A stretch of 64,000 nt of DNA from Lama glama. Taxonomy: Eukaryota. The position numbers and the translations under genes are program-made. Position 1 is the stretch's first letter. The number at the start of each line of letters is the position of its first letter. Shown piece after piece: positions 1 to 13,925 of the stretch. The stretch covers positions 79,114,001 to 79,178,000 of the forward strand of contig CM052816.1 in the NCBI GenBank assembly GCA_028534125.1, given 5' to 3'. The notes under the pieces were generated by a model. That model saw only the letters and a list, made by a program, of their open reading frames with translations. It was not told where the DNA came from and ran no database searches.

Positions 1-119
1 AATGAAGGAAGATATTTGTGAGAAAATTAGAAATGTCCAAGAATGACAGATTTTTAATAAAAATAACATTTTTATCTTCTTGCAAATAAGATTTCTAAAG
101 ATCTACCTGTTCCTTTCAG

Positions 120-233
120 TGCCCTGTAGAATATCAGGAAAAAATGGGTAGGAACATGGATGATTATGAAGATTTTGATGAAAAGCGTAATGCCTATCCA
201 AGTGAAAAAAGTCTGGTAAAACTACATAAACAG
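120..233 (+). CDS. LMBRD2: LMBRD2 internal coding exon ([38 protein letters not shown])
   Basis: tttcag acceptor and gtaact donor; 114 nt; translation matches recalled mammalian LMBRD2. Confidence 0.95.
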
Positions 234-382
234 GTAACTCTGTTAAGTATAGCCATTTTACCTTCTGACAGTTTTAGTTAGATTCATAGTTACTGCCCAC
301 AAAAAAAGAAATTTTGACTGAATGTGTATTAGAAACTTCCTTTGATCCTGTCCTTATCATTGTTCTTTGAAGTGTTTGAACT

Positions 383-572
383 TTGTGTTTCTCGGCAAGG
401 GCACTGTTGGCATTTGGGAGGGAGAATTATTCCCTGAGCATAATTACATGTGTTTTAGAATATTAACATCCTTGGCTCCACCCAGTAGATGCTACTCACA
501 CTTCCCCACTGTTGTGACAACCCAGACATGCTCCTTAGTGGGGAGTTGTACTGCTGTTGGATCAGAACACTG
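383..572. mobile_element. MER20-like hAT DNA transposon relic
   Basis: Motifs ggcactgttggcatttggg, cacccagtagatgct, gttgtgacaaccc and terminal gaacactg resemble recalled MER20 consensus. Confidence 0.65.
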
Positions 573-600
573 ACAGGTATACCCCTGTTCTCTTTTCTAG

Positions 601-789
<189 letters not shown>

Positions 790-1339
790 TAATTTGATAT
801 AAATTTCAATGATGATTTTTCTGAAGGGTAGTATATATTTTTTTTACCAATGCAGAGTTGAATTGCATTTGTGTTATTTAACTTATACTAAGTGGTAATA
901 TTATATGTCTGATAAACTTCTCTCCCAAAATTATTTTACTTGTCATATAACTTATTATCTGTCAGTTTCCACTGTTACTTCACATATAACCAAAATTCTA
1001 TGCAAAAATATATGCAGTATATTAAGAATATTTTATATACTTATTATGTATTTGAAACAATTAGAATTTTAAGCAATTTTAAATCAGAAGCTTGGCTCTC
1101 ATCTTTAGTCTTGATATACTACTAAAATGTTCCCCTAAAATGTCCTCTTTGACTATTTACATATATTAGTCTATTTGCAAAACCTACATTCAATAGTCAT
1201 AATTATTTTATTCTCCTTTGTGATTATTTAGTATATAATCTATAAATATTATCAAATTTAGTGTGAAGAACTTAATGAGAATACCACAGTGTCACAGTAT
1301 TAGAACTTATGTTTACCTTATTTTTTCAAAACTCTGTGA

Positions 1340-1603
<264 letters not shown>

Positions 1604-2118
1604 TAAATGGCAGTTTATAGTATAATTCTTAACTGTTGTGGCTTTTCTCCATATATTTCTTTTAGTAATAATGAAAGCAGTGAAGTTTCCCACAGTGTTA
1701 TTATTCAGACTTCTAAAAATGAGCTTCAACATTTTACTCAGACTATAGAAACTAAGAACTGTATTTGAGGAGAGATGAAAAGATGCAAAACAGTGCAAAA
1801 TATTTTTATGAGAATACCTTGATCCTCTTTATGCCAATGAAGCTTCATAACTTCATGTGAAGAGTTTCCAAGGGAATGGGAGAACAGGCTCATTTCAGGA
1901 GGTGGATTTGAAACTTATGGATAGGATGTGGGACTAATTGAGATGTAGATTTTTTCATAATTTCATTTTCTTAGGAGTTTAAAAAATTGTGACTATGCTT
2001 AAATTTTAGAATGTCAGTAAATGTTAGCTGAAATTAAAGTACAGGGCTTGTGATTGTACACAAAGTGCTGAAGTCTTTCAGTCTTAAATTGGGTTTTTTG
2101 TTTTGTTTTTTTGTTTAG

Positions 2119-2253
<135 letters not shown>

Positions 2254-2804
2254 TAAGTAGATTGTGTTTAGAAACAAGAAAAATGTCTCCATTGCATGTA
2301 TTTTCATGGTTCTCTCTTTTATTTCTTATTTATGGACCTTCCACTAACACCTGTATTTCTATGAGCTAATTTTGATTAGGTTTTAGTATTAATTAGATGC
2401 TTGTCGATTGCTAGCTAAATTCTGCTTGAAGTTTAAGGTTAAAATAGGTATGCTAGATTAGAAAGGAAAAGAAAGATATAGTGAGCCTGGATTTACCAGT
2501 TAGAGAGTCAATAAGTAAGTTAGTAATGACAGGAGCATTTGAGAATTTAGAGATGAAGGTAGACCTAGAAAGTATTCTGAGATTCAGTGGCCTGGAACTG
2601 AATTATGGAGGACTAAGAACACCAAAAAGAATACTCTTTGCTAAGAAATTTAGCAGAGATTTAGAGAGATGGCTCTAGCTTGGACTAGGTTGCACAATCT
2701 ATTATTTGTCCATGTTGTTAAATTAGTCATACTAGGTTTTATAAAAGCCAGATTTGGGGAACTTCAAGAGAAATCAATATCTGAAGCATCTCTAAGACTC
2801 TTTT

Positions 2805-3140
2805 TAACTTTTCCCACAAATAATTAGAGGCTAAAGCAAGTTGTAAGTATAATACAAAGAGTCCTATTAACCTTCACCCAACTTCCCCCAATAGAGACAT
2901 CTTATGTGGCGATTGTGCTATATCAAAACCAGGAAATTTACATTGATACATTATTGTTAACTAGATTACAGACCTTATTTATTTCTCATCATTTTTTATC
3001 CTTTATTCATTTGTGTGTGTGTGTGTGTGTGTGTGTGTCTGTGTGTCTCCTGTAACCACGAGCACAGTCAAGATACAGAACTATTCTATCACCATAAAAG
3101 AACTCCTCACATCACCTCTTTGTATTCATACCCTCTCATC
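2805..3140 (-). mobile_element. Old L1 3'-end fragment containing a (GT)n microsatellite (~3013-3038)
   Basis: ccttcacccaacttccccca and tatcaaaaccaggaaatttacattgataca motifs typical of L1M 3' ends; boundaries approximate. Confidence 0.55.
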
Positions 3141-3584
3141 ATTTTTATCTCCAGCCATGTTCTCTTTTTATCTGGTCAAAACTCAGCTCTAACAATTATT
3201 TATACCTGTAGTTGTCAGAGTGGCATACTTTGATACAAGTTTGGATCTTTTATGTACTGAATTCAGTTCACCTTGAGGATGTTACTGTTCTTATCATGCT
3301 ATTGAGACAGATTGCAGAGATGGTAGTCTTGGAAGAGGTACATACAAAGCTACTCTACAAATTGTTCAGATAAAGCAGTGCAAACACCACCAAAGGAGGT
3401 GTCCTGAGGCTGGTGTTTTGCCATGTAGGTGTTGCTGTTTTTAAGGAGGATGTGATTAATAGGATATTCAGAATGTCTTCCAAGTAAGTAAGGGCAATTC
3501 TGAGTTAGAATTCAAAATACAAATAAATGAGAATAATAATTACAGTGATCTAAAATGTTCTTAATGTATTTCAACATAATATAA

Positions 3585-3833
<249 letters not shown>

Positions 3834-3962
3834 TAATGCTGGCAGAAAAGTTCTGTAGCATTATTAGATCTTTATAAAATAACTAAAACTTTCTTTCAAA
3901 GATTATATATGTAATTACTAATAATTGGATAAAAGTGATTTTAATAAAAAATTATTTTTTGA

Positions 3963-4135
3963 AACAAGGTCCTATTGTATTGTACAGGGAACTATAATCA
4001 ATAACGTGTAATAACCTATAATGAAAAAGAATACATATATGTATATGTGTATATATATATATAACTGAATCACTACACTGTACACCAGAAGCTAACACAA
4101 CATTGTAAGTCAACTATACTTCAATTAAAAAAATA
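3963..4135 (+). mobile_element. 5'-truncated L1 3' end
   Basis: aacaaggtcctattgtat...ctgtacaccagaagctaacacaacattgtaagtcaactatacttcaattaaaaaaa; same tail family as 55945-56277. Confidence 0.75.
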
Positions 4136-4571
4136 TATATATATTTTTAGGTTGTCCAGCTGAGCAGTATCAGTAGACCTGACCTATAATAATATTAACT
4201 TTTCTGTTTATGGTCTTAACATATTTGATGATTTTCAGTAATAAATATAAAATATTAATTTCATTTAGGAGAAAATCTTAATAAATAAGCAAATTAAGAT
4301 ATAATAGACATATATAACATTGTATTAGTTTGTGTACAATATAAATTGATATATATATATGTTGTGAAATGATTACCATAATAAGTTTAGTTAATATCCA
4401 TCATGTCACAGTTACAATTTTCTTTTTGTCTTGTGATGAGAGCTTAAAAATCAGTCTATTCAGTGCTTCATTTTTTGAAAACTCCAAATTTATTGATATA
4501 ACAGTTTCTGGGTGAATTTTCTAATGATGAAAATGGTTGGAAGATATAGAACTTGTACTAATTTAACTTAA

Positions 4572-4688
<117 letters not shown>

Positions 4689-6146
4689 TAAGAAACTTAA
4701 CATTGCTTATTTTCCCACATACTCTTAGATTGATCTGGATATTCTTTCTAACCTTAAAGCTCTTTTAAATATTCACTGGTTGGATTTTGGTTCTTTGTTT
4801 TATTGTGGCTTTGGGGATGCTAGGGATAGTTTAAAGAGATTGCTTGAATGATTGGGTCAAGTTCTTCCTCCCGAGATATTGTCAAGAAAAGGGAGGTAGA
4901 GTTGTTCTCTTACAAGAATTTAGACTACAAAGTGATAGGATTAATTACAGAATGTTATCTCCAAGTCCTGACCTTTGATACTAGCAGTCAGTGTAGCTTA
5001 TAAAACACTTCCATGCCCAGCTTATATCTAGTAGCATAAATTAGTCTGAGGGCTTTTCCCCATGGTCATTTTTGGGTTTCTAGATACTTCAGACCATAGC
5101 CAGCACAATGGGTCAGGTGAGGAGCAATTATAATCAGGCAGTACATATGAGGCTGCTTTTTCTATAGGATCAGAAAAAGTGGTAGCATCTTGGCAGAGGT
5201 AAGACTCAAAAGGACTTAAAGGACAGGTACGTTTGACTTCCTAGCGCCCTGTCTTCCCACTTCCACGTGTCAGGCACCCTCACCCTGAACTCTGCCTATC
5301 CTCTTCACTGCTTATGTGCTCCATGACACACCAAAAATGCTACTTTAAAAAAAATTTATTGATGTCAATCAGTTTGCTTTTCTAACAAAAATGAGTTTCA
5401 TCTAACCACTTTTCATTTAAATCTTCCAATACCATTATATAGTTATCATAAATACTATATATGTACCAATATCAGGATATTGAGTAAACAGACAGGTATT
5501 GTTTGAATAAATTCGCTATTGAATTTTTAAAAATATCTATATTTTACCTTATTGTAAGTAAAGGAGCTAAAGGATTATAATTTAAAATAAAACTGTTAAT
5601 ATGAACTAATAGAAAATCTCATATTTTCAATTTTTTTATGTAAAGTAGAAAAAAACAGAGGTTTATATTATGAAAATGGTGTATTAAAGGAAGAGACTAA
5701 TCATCTTTTGGATGTCTAAAACTAAATTTTGATTGTATACTTTTTCATTTGAAAAGTTTATAAACTACAAATGGAACATTAGGAGCTTGTGTTATATAAA
5801 TCATGTCTTATCATGTTAGTAGTTAGGTTGGTAAGATTAGCATCTCTTTTTCTCTTACTAGATTATTATGTGAATCAAGGAATAGATGGGTGGGATAGTG
5901 CCTTTCAACTATAAAAGGAAAAAATCTGGTTATGGTGCATACCCTAGTCAATGGAGTACTAGGCATTTAAGCATCCTAGAAAGGGAAGTAAGCACTTATT
6001 CAAGAAAGACAAATGTCACTCTATGTAACTTGACATGATAACTAATAGTAAAACATAGGTTTCTTTTGGATGACAATACTAAAGAATAATTGAAGCATTT
6101 ACAGTGTAAAATAATGGTTATCTTTTTGAAAATCTACCTTTACTAG

Positions 6147-6250
6147 TTTGGGAACTCGTTGTTTGAATCTACTTGGTTTCCAGCAGTTCATGGGAGATAA
6201 TGATATGACATCAGACTTAGTTGATGAAGGAAAAGAATTAATCAGACGAG
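6147..6250 (+). CDS. LMBRD2: LMBRD2 coding exon ([34 protein letters not shown])
   Basis: tactag acceptor, gtaagt donor; 104 nt. Confidence 0.95.
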
Positions 6251-7431
6251 GTAAGTTTGTCTTTTCAAATAAATGAAAGGAAAGTACTAAGACTCAAAGT
6301 ACAAAATTAATGTTTGTATAATTTATAACTTCTAGTTGATCTTAAGAAATCACAAATTAATTATTTTAGCTAAAATTCTACGTAAAGCTTTCATAGCAAA
6401 AATAATTTAAAAACATGATTGTTTCATCTGTTTGTAAGAAATTCAGCAGAAATTATTAATATGTGTGCAACTAAATAATGTCCTTGTTTGGTATTAGAGT
6501 CATTTTCCTGTTTGCTTTGAAACTGATTTGCCAAGATAAATACAATTATAAAACTTGTTAAAGAATCATCATTATTTTAATGCTGCATAGGAAATCATTC
6601 AAGCCAAGACTGGGTTTTAGAATGATGATCATTAACAACCTGGTAGAATACATGACACTCTACTAGAATCTAATCTCAAAACTGACTGCACCAAATTTCT
6701 TGACGTTCAAGTGATGGTAGAATTGGGGGGAAAGAAGAACAAAACGTGAGTTTTAGGATGTTGGCTCTTAGATATCCTCCCTACCTGGGTCTGGGGTTCT
6801 TGTGTGATCTTACTTAAAAGTAAGCCAAATTGTGTTGTGGCTCTAAAATAAGCCAGTCTAGCCTTCACATGCTCTCATAGGAAGGTAGTGTCTAGTTAAT
6901 ATAATAGTTCTACTGCTTTTTGCATTAATTAGACTTCATCTGGAATATAATGTCTAGTCCTGGGTAAGATTTTCAAGAGTGAGACTGATAAGTCAGAAGG
7001 AATTTAGAGAGGATAGCTGGAATGATGAGTCTGTAGGGCATATCTTATGAGAGAGAACCATTGAGTATATAGCCAGAAGAAAGGGATGGAAAAGACTCTT
7101 ATACAGAAAGAAGTATGAACTTAGTTTAGAAGATAAGATGTTAAGAAAAAGAGAAGTTACAGAAAAACAAATTTTAAGTCACCATGGGGAAGAACTTCTT
7201 CCTCACTAAAACTATTTAGATAGCGCCGAAAGGGCCATCTTCAACAAAAGTAGAGAAGGTATTCTCTATAGAGTTAGGTGACCTGTAAGGTTCTTTCCAC
7301 CAATATCCTATTATCTTTGACTCTGTAGTAATTTAAAGGAAATTGGTCATAGCCTGATACCTTTACTTCAGTTATTCTACATCTAATTAAACCATGTTAT
7401 ACCAAATTTGAGACCACTTTTCTGTCTCTAG

Positions 7432-7478
7432 AGAAGAGAAAAAGGCAACGACAAGAAGAAGGTGAAAATCGAAGAAGA
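7432..7478 (+). CDS. LMBRD2: LMBRD2 coding exon (EKRKRQRQEEGENRRR)
   Basis: tctctag acceptor, gtaagt donor; 47 nt. Confidence 0.93.
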
Positions 7479-8796
7479 GTAAGTACAGTACTTATTAAAT
7501 TGCTGTAACCTAGAGATTAATGTGAAATATCGTAAGAATTTTATTGATTTAGAATAATTGGCTAAAAACCAAAGAATAGTAGGGAAATGACACAGGATAT
7601 ATTTTTACAGAAAGGCCATTTTAATAGTTGCAAACATACATGTGAGGTGTCCTGTCAGCCCTGTTCTAAAAAGTCATTAGTAATAAATTGCTTCATGTCT
7701 AACATCTAAGAGTTTCTTGTCTAAGGTAGGTGCTCAGTAAATATTTATTGAATAAGTGAATAAATTTATGTAATCCTGCTATTAAAGTGATTTTGATTGC
7801 TTTAAAATTATGCCTTTTTTGTAATATGACATTAATTTTATTCCGCTTTAATTTTTCTTTAGTCCTTCATTTTCTGAGGCAAACTGACCTCCCAGAGAAT
7901 GAAAAGGCAAAAAATGAGAAAAATCTAGTCACAGTTACCATAAATTTTCAACACCTGGGTGTGTCCATGCTGGAAAAGTGAAGACCCAGCAAACATGATA
8001 GTTATCTTTGCATATTTTAGTGTGTGTCATGTAAGAGGAGACTCATTCTTTATTTCAGAAGGCATAACTAGGACCAAAGAGTGGAAGTTACTGGACAGAG
8101 TTCACCTCTCTATGAAAACTTCCGTAGTTTACCAGAATTGCAATGGGATGACACATAGAAATTTCCAGGTCCTCTAGTAAGACAGCCAAATAACATCTGG
8201 CATGGCTATTTTAAATGAGATCCTGCACTGCACTGGAGGTTTAATTAGTACCTCTAAAATCCCTTTCAGCTGTTAAGAATCTAATGAGTATAATTCCAGT
8301 TAATATGGTTTTAGCATAGTTAAGATACAATGCCATATGTCATTATCTAATTATGTTTGTGTAGTACTCTTAATTCTGCTGTGAAAAATGACTTTTCAGG
8401 TGTCTAAGATTCGTAGTTTATTGGGGTGGAAGAAAATTTTGTTAACATCTCATTATGAGTTATCATAACTTTTATATGGTCAGGGTAACCTTACTATTAT
8501 TTTGACATTTTAAATAGAAGAATTCAATAACTTAAAATAGTCATAGCTAGCAAAAATGTCTATAAATGTCTTCATTCAGGTTAAGTTTGGTGACTTAAAA
8601 TCATGTTGAGATAAGAAAATTATTGATCTGAGTTTTAAAGGTACTGTGCTAATTATATTGATTATCTGATGACTTCCTGATGAAAAAGAAATTAGATCCT
8701 ATTACTTTCCATATATAATCTAAATCTGTTAACACTGATGAATTATTTTCTGACTGTGATTCTTGTGTCGTATATTCATGTGTGTTTCTTTGCTAG

Positions 8797-8902
8797 GAAT
8801 GGAAAGAACGTTATGGGCACAGTAGAGAAGATTCTACTAGAAACAGAAATGTTCATATTGACCCAAAAGAATCAAACTTCTCAGATATTAGTACCAACCG
8901 AT
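8797..8902 (+). CDS. LMBRD2: LMBRD2 coding exon ([35 protein letters not shown])
   Basis: tgctag acceptor, gtaagt donor; 106 nt. Confidence 0.93.
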
Positions 8903-10315
8903 GTAAGTAGTTTATTGTCTAGTTTTCTTAGAAATTTTTCTTCTTGTGCTTACTTGCATAGAGACTGAGGATTAGGCTCCCCATCCAGAAATATCTTTAT
9001 AGAACTGTACACGTGGTTCTGCAGTGACTTTCCCTTCTTATCTCTCAGCATAGGGGAGGAAGGGGAAGCTCACACATGCATTCTGGTAGGAGGAGACATC
9101 TGAGACATCAAATGAATAGTTGTAGTTGTACTACCCTAAATAACAATACTTATCCCAGTCATATTCTAGGCAGATACTGATTTCTATTTACCTAGATGTT
9201 TTTCTTTACTTTCCTATTAGTTGGTGTAGGATATTCAGTCATTTTTATAATAATTTACTGACTGGCCCATATATGTCAGGTAGTTTCCCAGGAATACAAA
9301 GAAGATAAATTTCCACCTTTGGGATACCCATAATTTAGTGAGGGACTGATACCAGGCAGAGGACATTTGCTGGTGGGTTGAGTTAAGAAACCTCCCCTTG
9401 ACCCTGCCACCTGCTTCTGGGAAGCAACAGAAAACCTGTTTTTGTCCAGGATTCAGCACTAAATAGAAGGCAGAGGTTGTTTGTTTTTGGGGGAGATGCA
9501 GGAATGCTCAGGTAGTATAAGGGTGCACACCTGATGCTGAGGGAACTTGGCTCAGAGGATGGAAAAAGAATTCTTTATTGGGAAAGGATTTGTTTTATAA
9601 AGAAATGCTGTTTAGAAATGAGTAGCACTTATCCAGGTGAAGGTGTCTTTAAAAGGAAGAATGAGTGGCATGTGAGAACCTTTGGGGAAATTTAGGTTTT
9701 TCTCTGTGACTACAGCCTAAAGTATGAGGAGCCTGATGAGAGGGGAGGCTGCAGAGATAGTTGGGAAACAGGTATTATCATGCTCAGAAGTTTGGGTTTT
9801 ATCCCAAAGATAAGATTTCAATCTAGAAAGAAGCATGATTTAGATTTTTGGTTTAGAAAGACAAATTTGACATCTATAAAAAGCATGATTTCCTGGGAAG
9901 TGAGACACAGAAACCAGTTTAGTATCTGTTTTAGTAATTCAGTCAAAAAATGATGAGGGCATAAAATAAACAGTGACCCTGAAGATGAAGAGGAAAGGAT
10001 GTGTTGGATGATATTTAGGGTAAAGGAAATAGAAGAAAGCTAAAGTTTCAGTTAAAACTCAAAAACAGAGGGAGGATGATGAGTTAGAACCTGACATTTG
10101 GTAGGCAACAAGTGTCTGCTGATGAATGAGGGAAATGATGAAGGACAGAGTCCAAGATGACAAAAATGTAAGGTGTGAGAGCTTGGCTTGCCTTAAGTTT
10201 TCAAAAAGAATTGTATCATAGTTTTATTGAAGCTATTGGACTGCTCAGAATAACGTGAAAACTTTAGGTTCTTTATAAAGAAAACCTTATATCACATAAA
10301 GAGAGAGTTCTCTAG

Positions 10316-10531
10316 ACCTGCATTGATCAGGATAGTAACCACTAGCCACATATGGCAGTTGAGCATTTGCAATATGGCTGGTACCCCATGTTGAAATGAT
10401 AATATTTTGGATATATTGGGCTAAATTAAATATATTAAAATTAATTTCACCTGTTTCTTCTTAATGTAGCTGGTAGAAAATTTAAAAGTAAATATGGAGC
10501 TTGCAATTTATTTCTGTTGGACATTACTGCC
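10316..10531. mobile_element. MER3-like hAT-Charlie MITE
   Basis: ccactagccacatatggcagttgagcatttg...atattttggatatattgggctaaattaaatatattaaaattaatttcacctgtttc...ttggaca resembles recalled MER3. Confidence 0.75.
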
Positions 10532-10973
10532 CTGAACTCTTGCCTCATGGGAAAAAGACTCAAGCCTTTCTTGAAGCGTTTGAGTTGATTATACCTTAAA
10601 GAAAATCCTAGCTGAGAAATGAGATGTAACAGCCCTGGATTCACTGTGAAACCAGCTGAAACTAGATTTGATTTGAACAGTTTCACTGTTACGATACCAT
10701 AGTTAAGTATTAATTCTAATTCATATTAAGTCTTTGCACTGTAGCTGCTTCTGAGCTTTGACTAGCTAAAGGGAGAACTTTTCTTTGTTATTTTCTGTCA
10801 TACTATTTATTATTTTAATCTGATTTTAAGATAACCATGTAGTTATTTTTTCTTAATATTGTCTTCACTATCAAAATAAAGATTCTTTATAATCTTGAAT
10901 TTTCTTTCTGTGTGTCCATAGATTGTGACCCACAAAGACAATAGTAAGTGGACTTTTTTTTCTTCCTTTGCAG

Positions 10974-11103
10974 CAGCATCCAAATATACCAGATCTAATA
11001 ATAGGAATGAAAGGGACCGAATAGAACTTCTCCAAGATGCAGAACCTTTGGATTTTAATGCAGAAACATTCACTGATGATCCTCTTGAATCTGAGTCAGG
11101 AAG
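10974..11103 (+). CDS. LMBRD2: LMBRD2 penultimate exon ([43 protein letters not shown])
   Basis: tttgcag acceptor (tandem CAGCAG), gtaagt donor; 130 nt. Confidence 0.93.
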
Positions 11104-11434
11104 GTAAGTTCCAGCTGTGCCATTTTGGCTCCAGCATTCCTCTGAAATTTTGATAACGTTCTGCCTTGACAAGATAAATAAGCGTAAGGAAAATACTCAT
11201 CTTTACTACCAATAAAAAGCATTTTAAGCAACCTTTGATACCTTTTTATACCTTCTGATGCTTTTATAGTTAAGAAATAATAGCATACAGTGGTGGCAAT
11301 TAGAAGTATCTTCATAAGCAACTAGTGGTATTATAAATAAGAAAGAAGAATTGCAATCAATTGGTAGAATCTTAACAGTATTTATATGCTTATTTCTGAC
11401 AATCCCATTTATGAAATGTATCCTATTTAGCAAA

Positions 11435-11637
11435 AGTTACATAGCTATGACTGGGTGTCAGACACATTCTAAGCACTTTAACAATAATAATTGTATTTTA
11501 TGGTTGTAAATCCAATTGAATTTGAATCTAGAGAGGCTCAGTAACTTACCCAGCATCACAAACCTTGTAAATGACAGTTAGGCATTTAAACCCTGGGACT
11601 CTGGCTACAGAGTCTGTGCTTTTAGCCACTATACTAT
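11435..11637 (-). mobile_element. MIR SINE relic
   Basis: gaggctcagtaacttacccagcatcaca...tctggctacagagtctgtgcttttagccactatact MIR core. Confidence 0.65.
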
Positions 11638-12066
11638 GTGAAAATAATTAAACAAAAGCAAAATATATACATGAAGTTATTTGCTATAGTATTGCTTATA
11701 AATAGCAAGGAAGCGAGAATAGTGTATTTATATTCAACAATCTAGATTAATACCTAGAATATCTATTAATATCTCTTACGTTCCGTGATGTGTCTGTCGT
11801 ACATCTCCCCACCCTTTTCTTTTTACGTCTCTCATCCTGCCATATGTGTCATATGGCATAGGTTCTAAAACAGTTGTTGGTTGGTTTGTAATTAGGTAAA
11901 TCCCTTTGGAATAACATCCTTTGAGAATAAGTTTCTGATTTCAGCTACTGAATAGATTTTACAGTGCTTACAAACTATGTAGCCACTTCCTCTTAATGTG
12001 TTCTTATTTTTCTCTCCTCCTTTATTATTTTTGATGCCTCAGATCATTTCTTTATCCACCTTTCAG

Positions 12067-12127
12067 GTATCAGCCTGGTGGACGATACCTCTCAATGTCT
12101 CGCAGCAGAATATTTGACGATGTTTAA
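12067..12127 (+). CDS. LMBRD2: LMBRD2 last coding exon (YQPGGRYLSMSRSRIFDDV*)
   Basis: tttcag acceptor; TAA at 12125-12127; all 11 exons join in a single frame. Confidence 0.95.
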
Positions 12128-13744
12128 AGTCTGTATGAATTTATGGAATAACTAACCAAGATCAACACATTAGCTCAGTCTTTATGAACATCTGTATGCC
12201 CTAGAATTTACACTTAACTCTCAGTGAAAAGTGTCAGGATAAAAAAAGGCACTAAAATTAATCACATCTTAGTAATAATAGTTTATATTGTTCACTGAAA
12301 TAGAGTGTCATCTTTTCTAATAGGATTCATTACATACCATTCCTGAAGTGTCTGCCTTAGAAGTACAGTTATGGTGGAAGGATTTCATTCATGGTAAAGA
12401 TCAGTATATGTTGAAAATATGTAGTTAAATTTGTTTCAGATTAATTTTTTTCAGGAAAATTGTTTTAAAGGTCCAAGGAAGCCATAAGTCATAACTGAAT
12501 AATGTTATACAGTTTTATTATTGTGATTTACATTTTTGCTGTTTCTGAAGGATGTGTTGATCCTTTATTTCCCAAAGAGATGGAGACCTCAGATAATAAC
12601 CATATTTACAAAACCCATGTCTTAAAACAAAGCTTACTTACCAGACATAACTGAATGTAGAAAGCTCTTTTTCAACTCTGTATGTAAATTAGTGAGGTTT
12701 TTGCATGTATAATTAAGATTATACTTCAACTGATAGTGTTTGTATGTTCAGCATGTGTACTATAATCAGGCAGTGTATTACTTTTTCAGTCCCTGGTAGT
12801 AACTGGAAATTATCTTACGCTTTTGGTATTGCTTTGTAAAAGATTTCATTTTAGAGAGGTGTTCCCCTTTATCATATAGCATACTGATTTAAGTGTTGAT
12901 CATTCCACTCAAGGAGAATTGCAATTGTTAATGGTGAAGTGTGGGGTTTTTTTAATAGCCGAAGAGCCCCACAAAATTATCCACTTTTTAAAGGTGCCTC
13001 TTTATGCCTTTTGAAAAGGAACATCTGGTTATTCAAATGTTACAAAGTGAATCTTTACTGTTATTACTAACACTTAAATTGTGGTTTACAGAGAACAGAA
13101 AACTCTATTATAATGGAGATGTGTAATAACTTGTTGGTTAAATATATTGTTTTAAATTGAATTTTTTAAACTTTGTGTTTAAGCCAAAGTTAGATATATT
13201 TTAAATCATCAGCGTTTTATTGCACAGTGGATGTAGTTGAGCACAACACACTTGCAGAGAGTTTTTATGTCCCTGAAGTATTTGCAGCTCTTAGAGAATC
13301 CATACTGTGGATTCACCCAGTGGTGATCATACTTGAACTTGCCCACGGCCATCTTAGTTTAACATCTATTATCCTGCGTAACTTTTAATAGCGTTCATTT
13401 TCACTCTTAAATATCCCAGTTTGAAGGTGAATTATATAGTCACCCAAACAATTTGATTATATGTTTCTTGAAGGTAATTTTTCCCTGAATCATAATTTAA
13501 ATTTTTTATTTTCCTATTAGTGTTATCATGTAAATTTTTAAAAAGACACAGTTCTATGCAGATACCGAAAGGACTAGCGTATCATCCTAATAATCTGATT
13601 TTTAAAAAGTTTTACAATCTCTGAGATTAGATCCCCTTTAAAATAATTATCAGTGGATAGATTTTACTCTCGAAGGTTATATTGGCTGTCCATTTAAGGA
13701 CACACACACACACACACAGCCTTTTATTGTGAAGTATCGTTAGA

Positions 13745-13925
13745 GAGCAGTAGGCCAGGAGCAGAGATAATTTAACACTGTAATTTCATGATTGACCATT
13801 GAAACTTTGGGCAAGTCATGTAACCTTTTAGTGCCTCGATTTCTTCTTTTTCGAAATGAAAATGATACTTGCTGTTTACCTCCTGATCTACCTCACAAAG
13901 CTATTGTGAGGGTATTGAGTTGATG
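13745..13925 (+). mobile_element. MIR relic within the 3' UTR
   Basis: tttgggcaagtcatgtaacctt...gtgcctcgatttc...tctacctcacaaagctattgtgaggg. Confidence 0.6.

Noticed and set aside
11838..11858. Perfect 9-bp hairpin tgccatatg-tgt-catatggca in the last LMBRD2 intron
   Set aside because: Too short for a miRNA or snoRNA call; plausible by chance in 64 kb.
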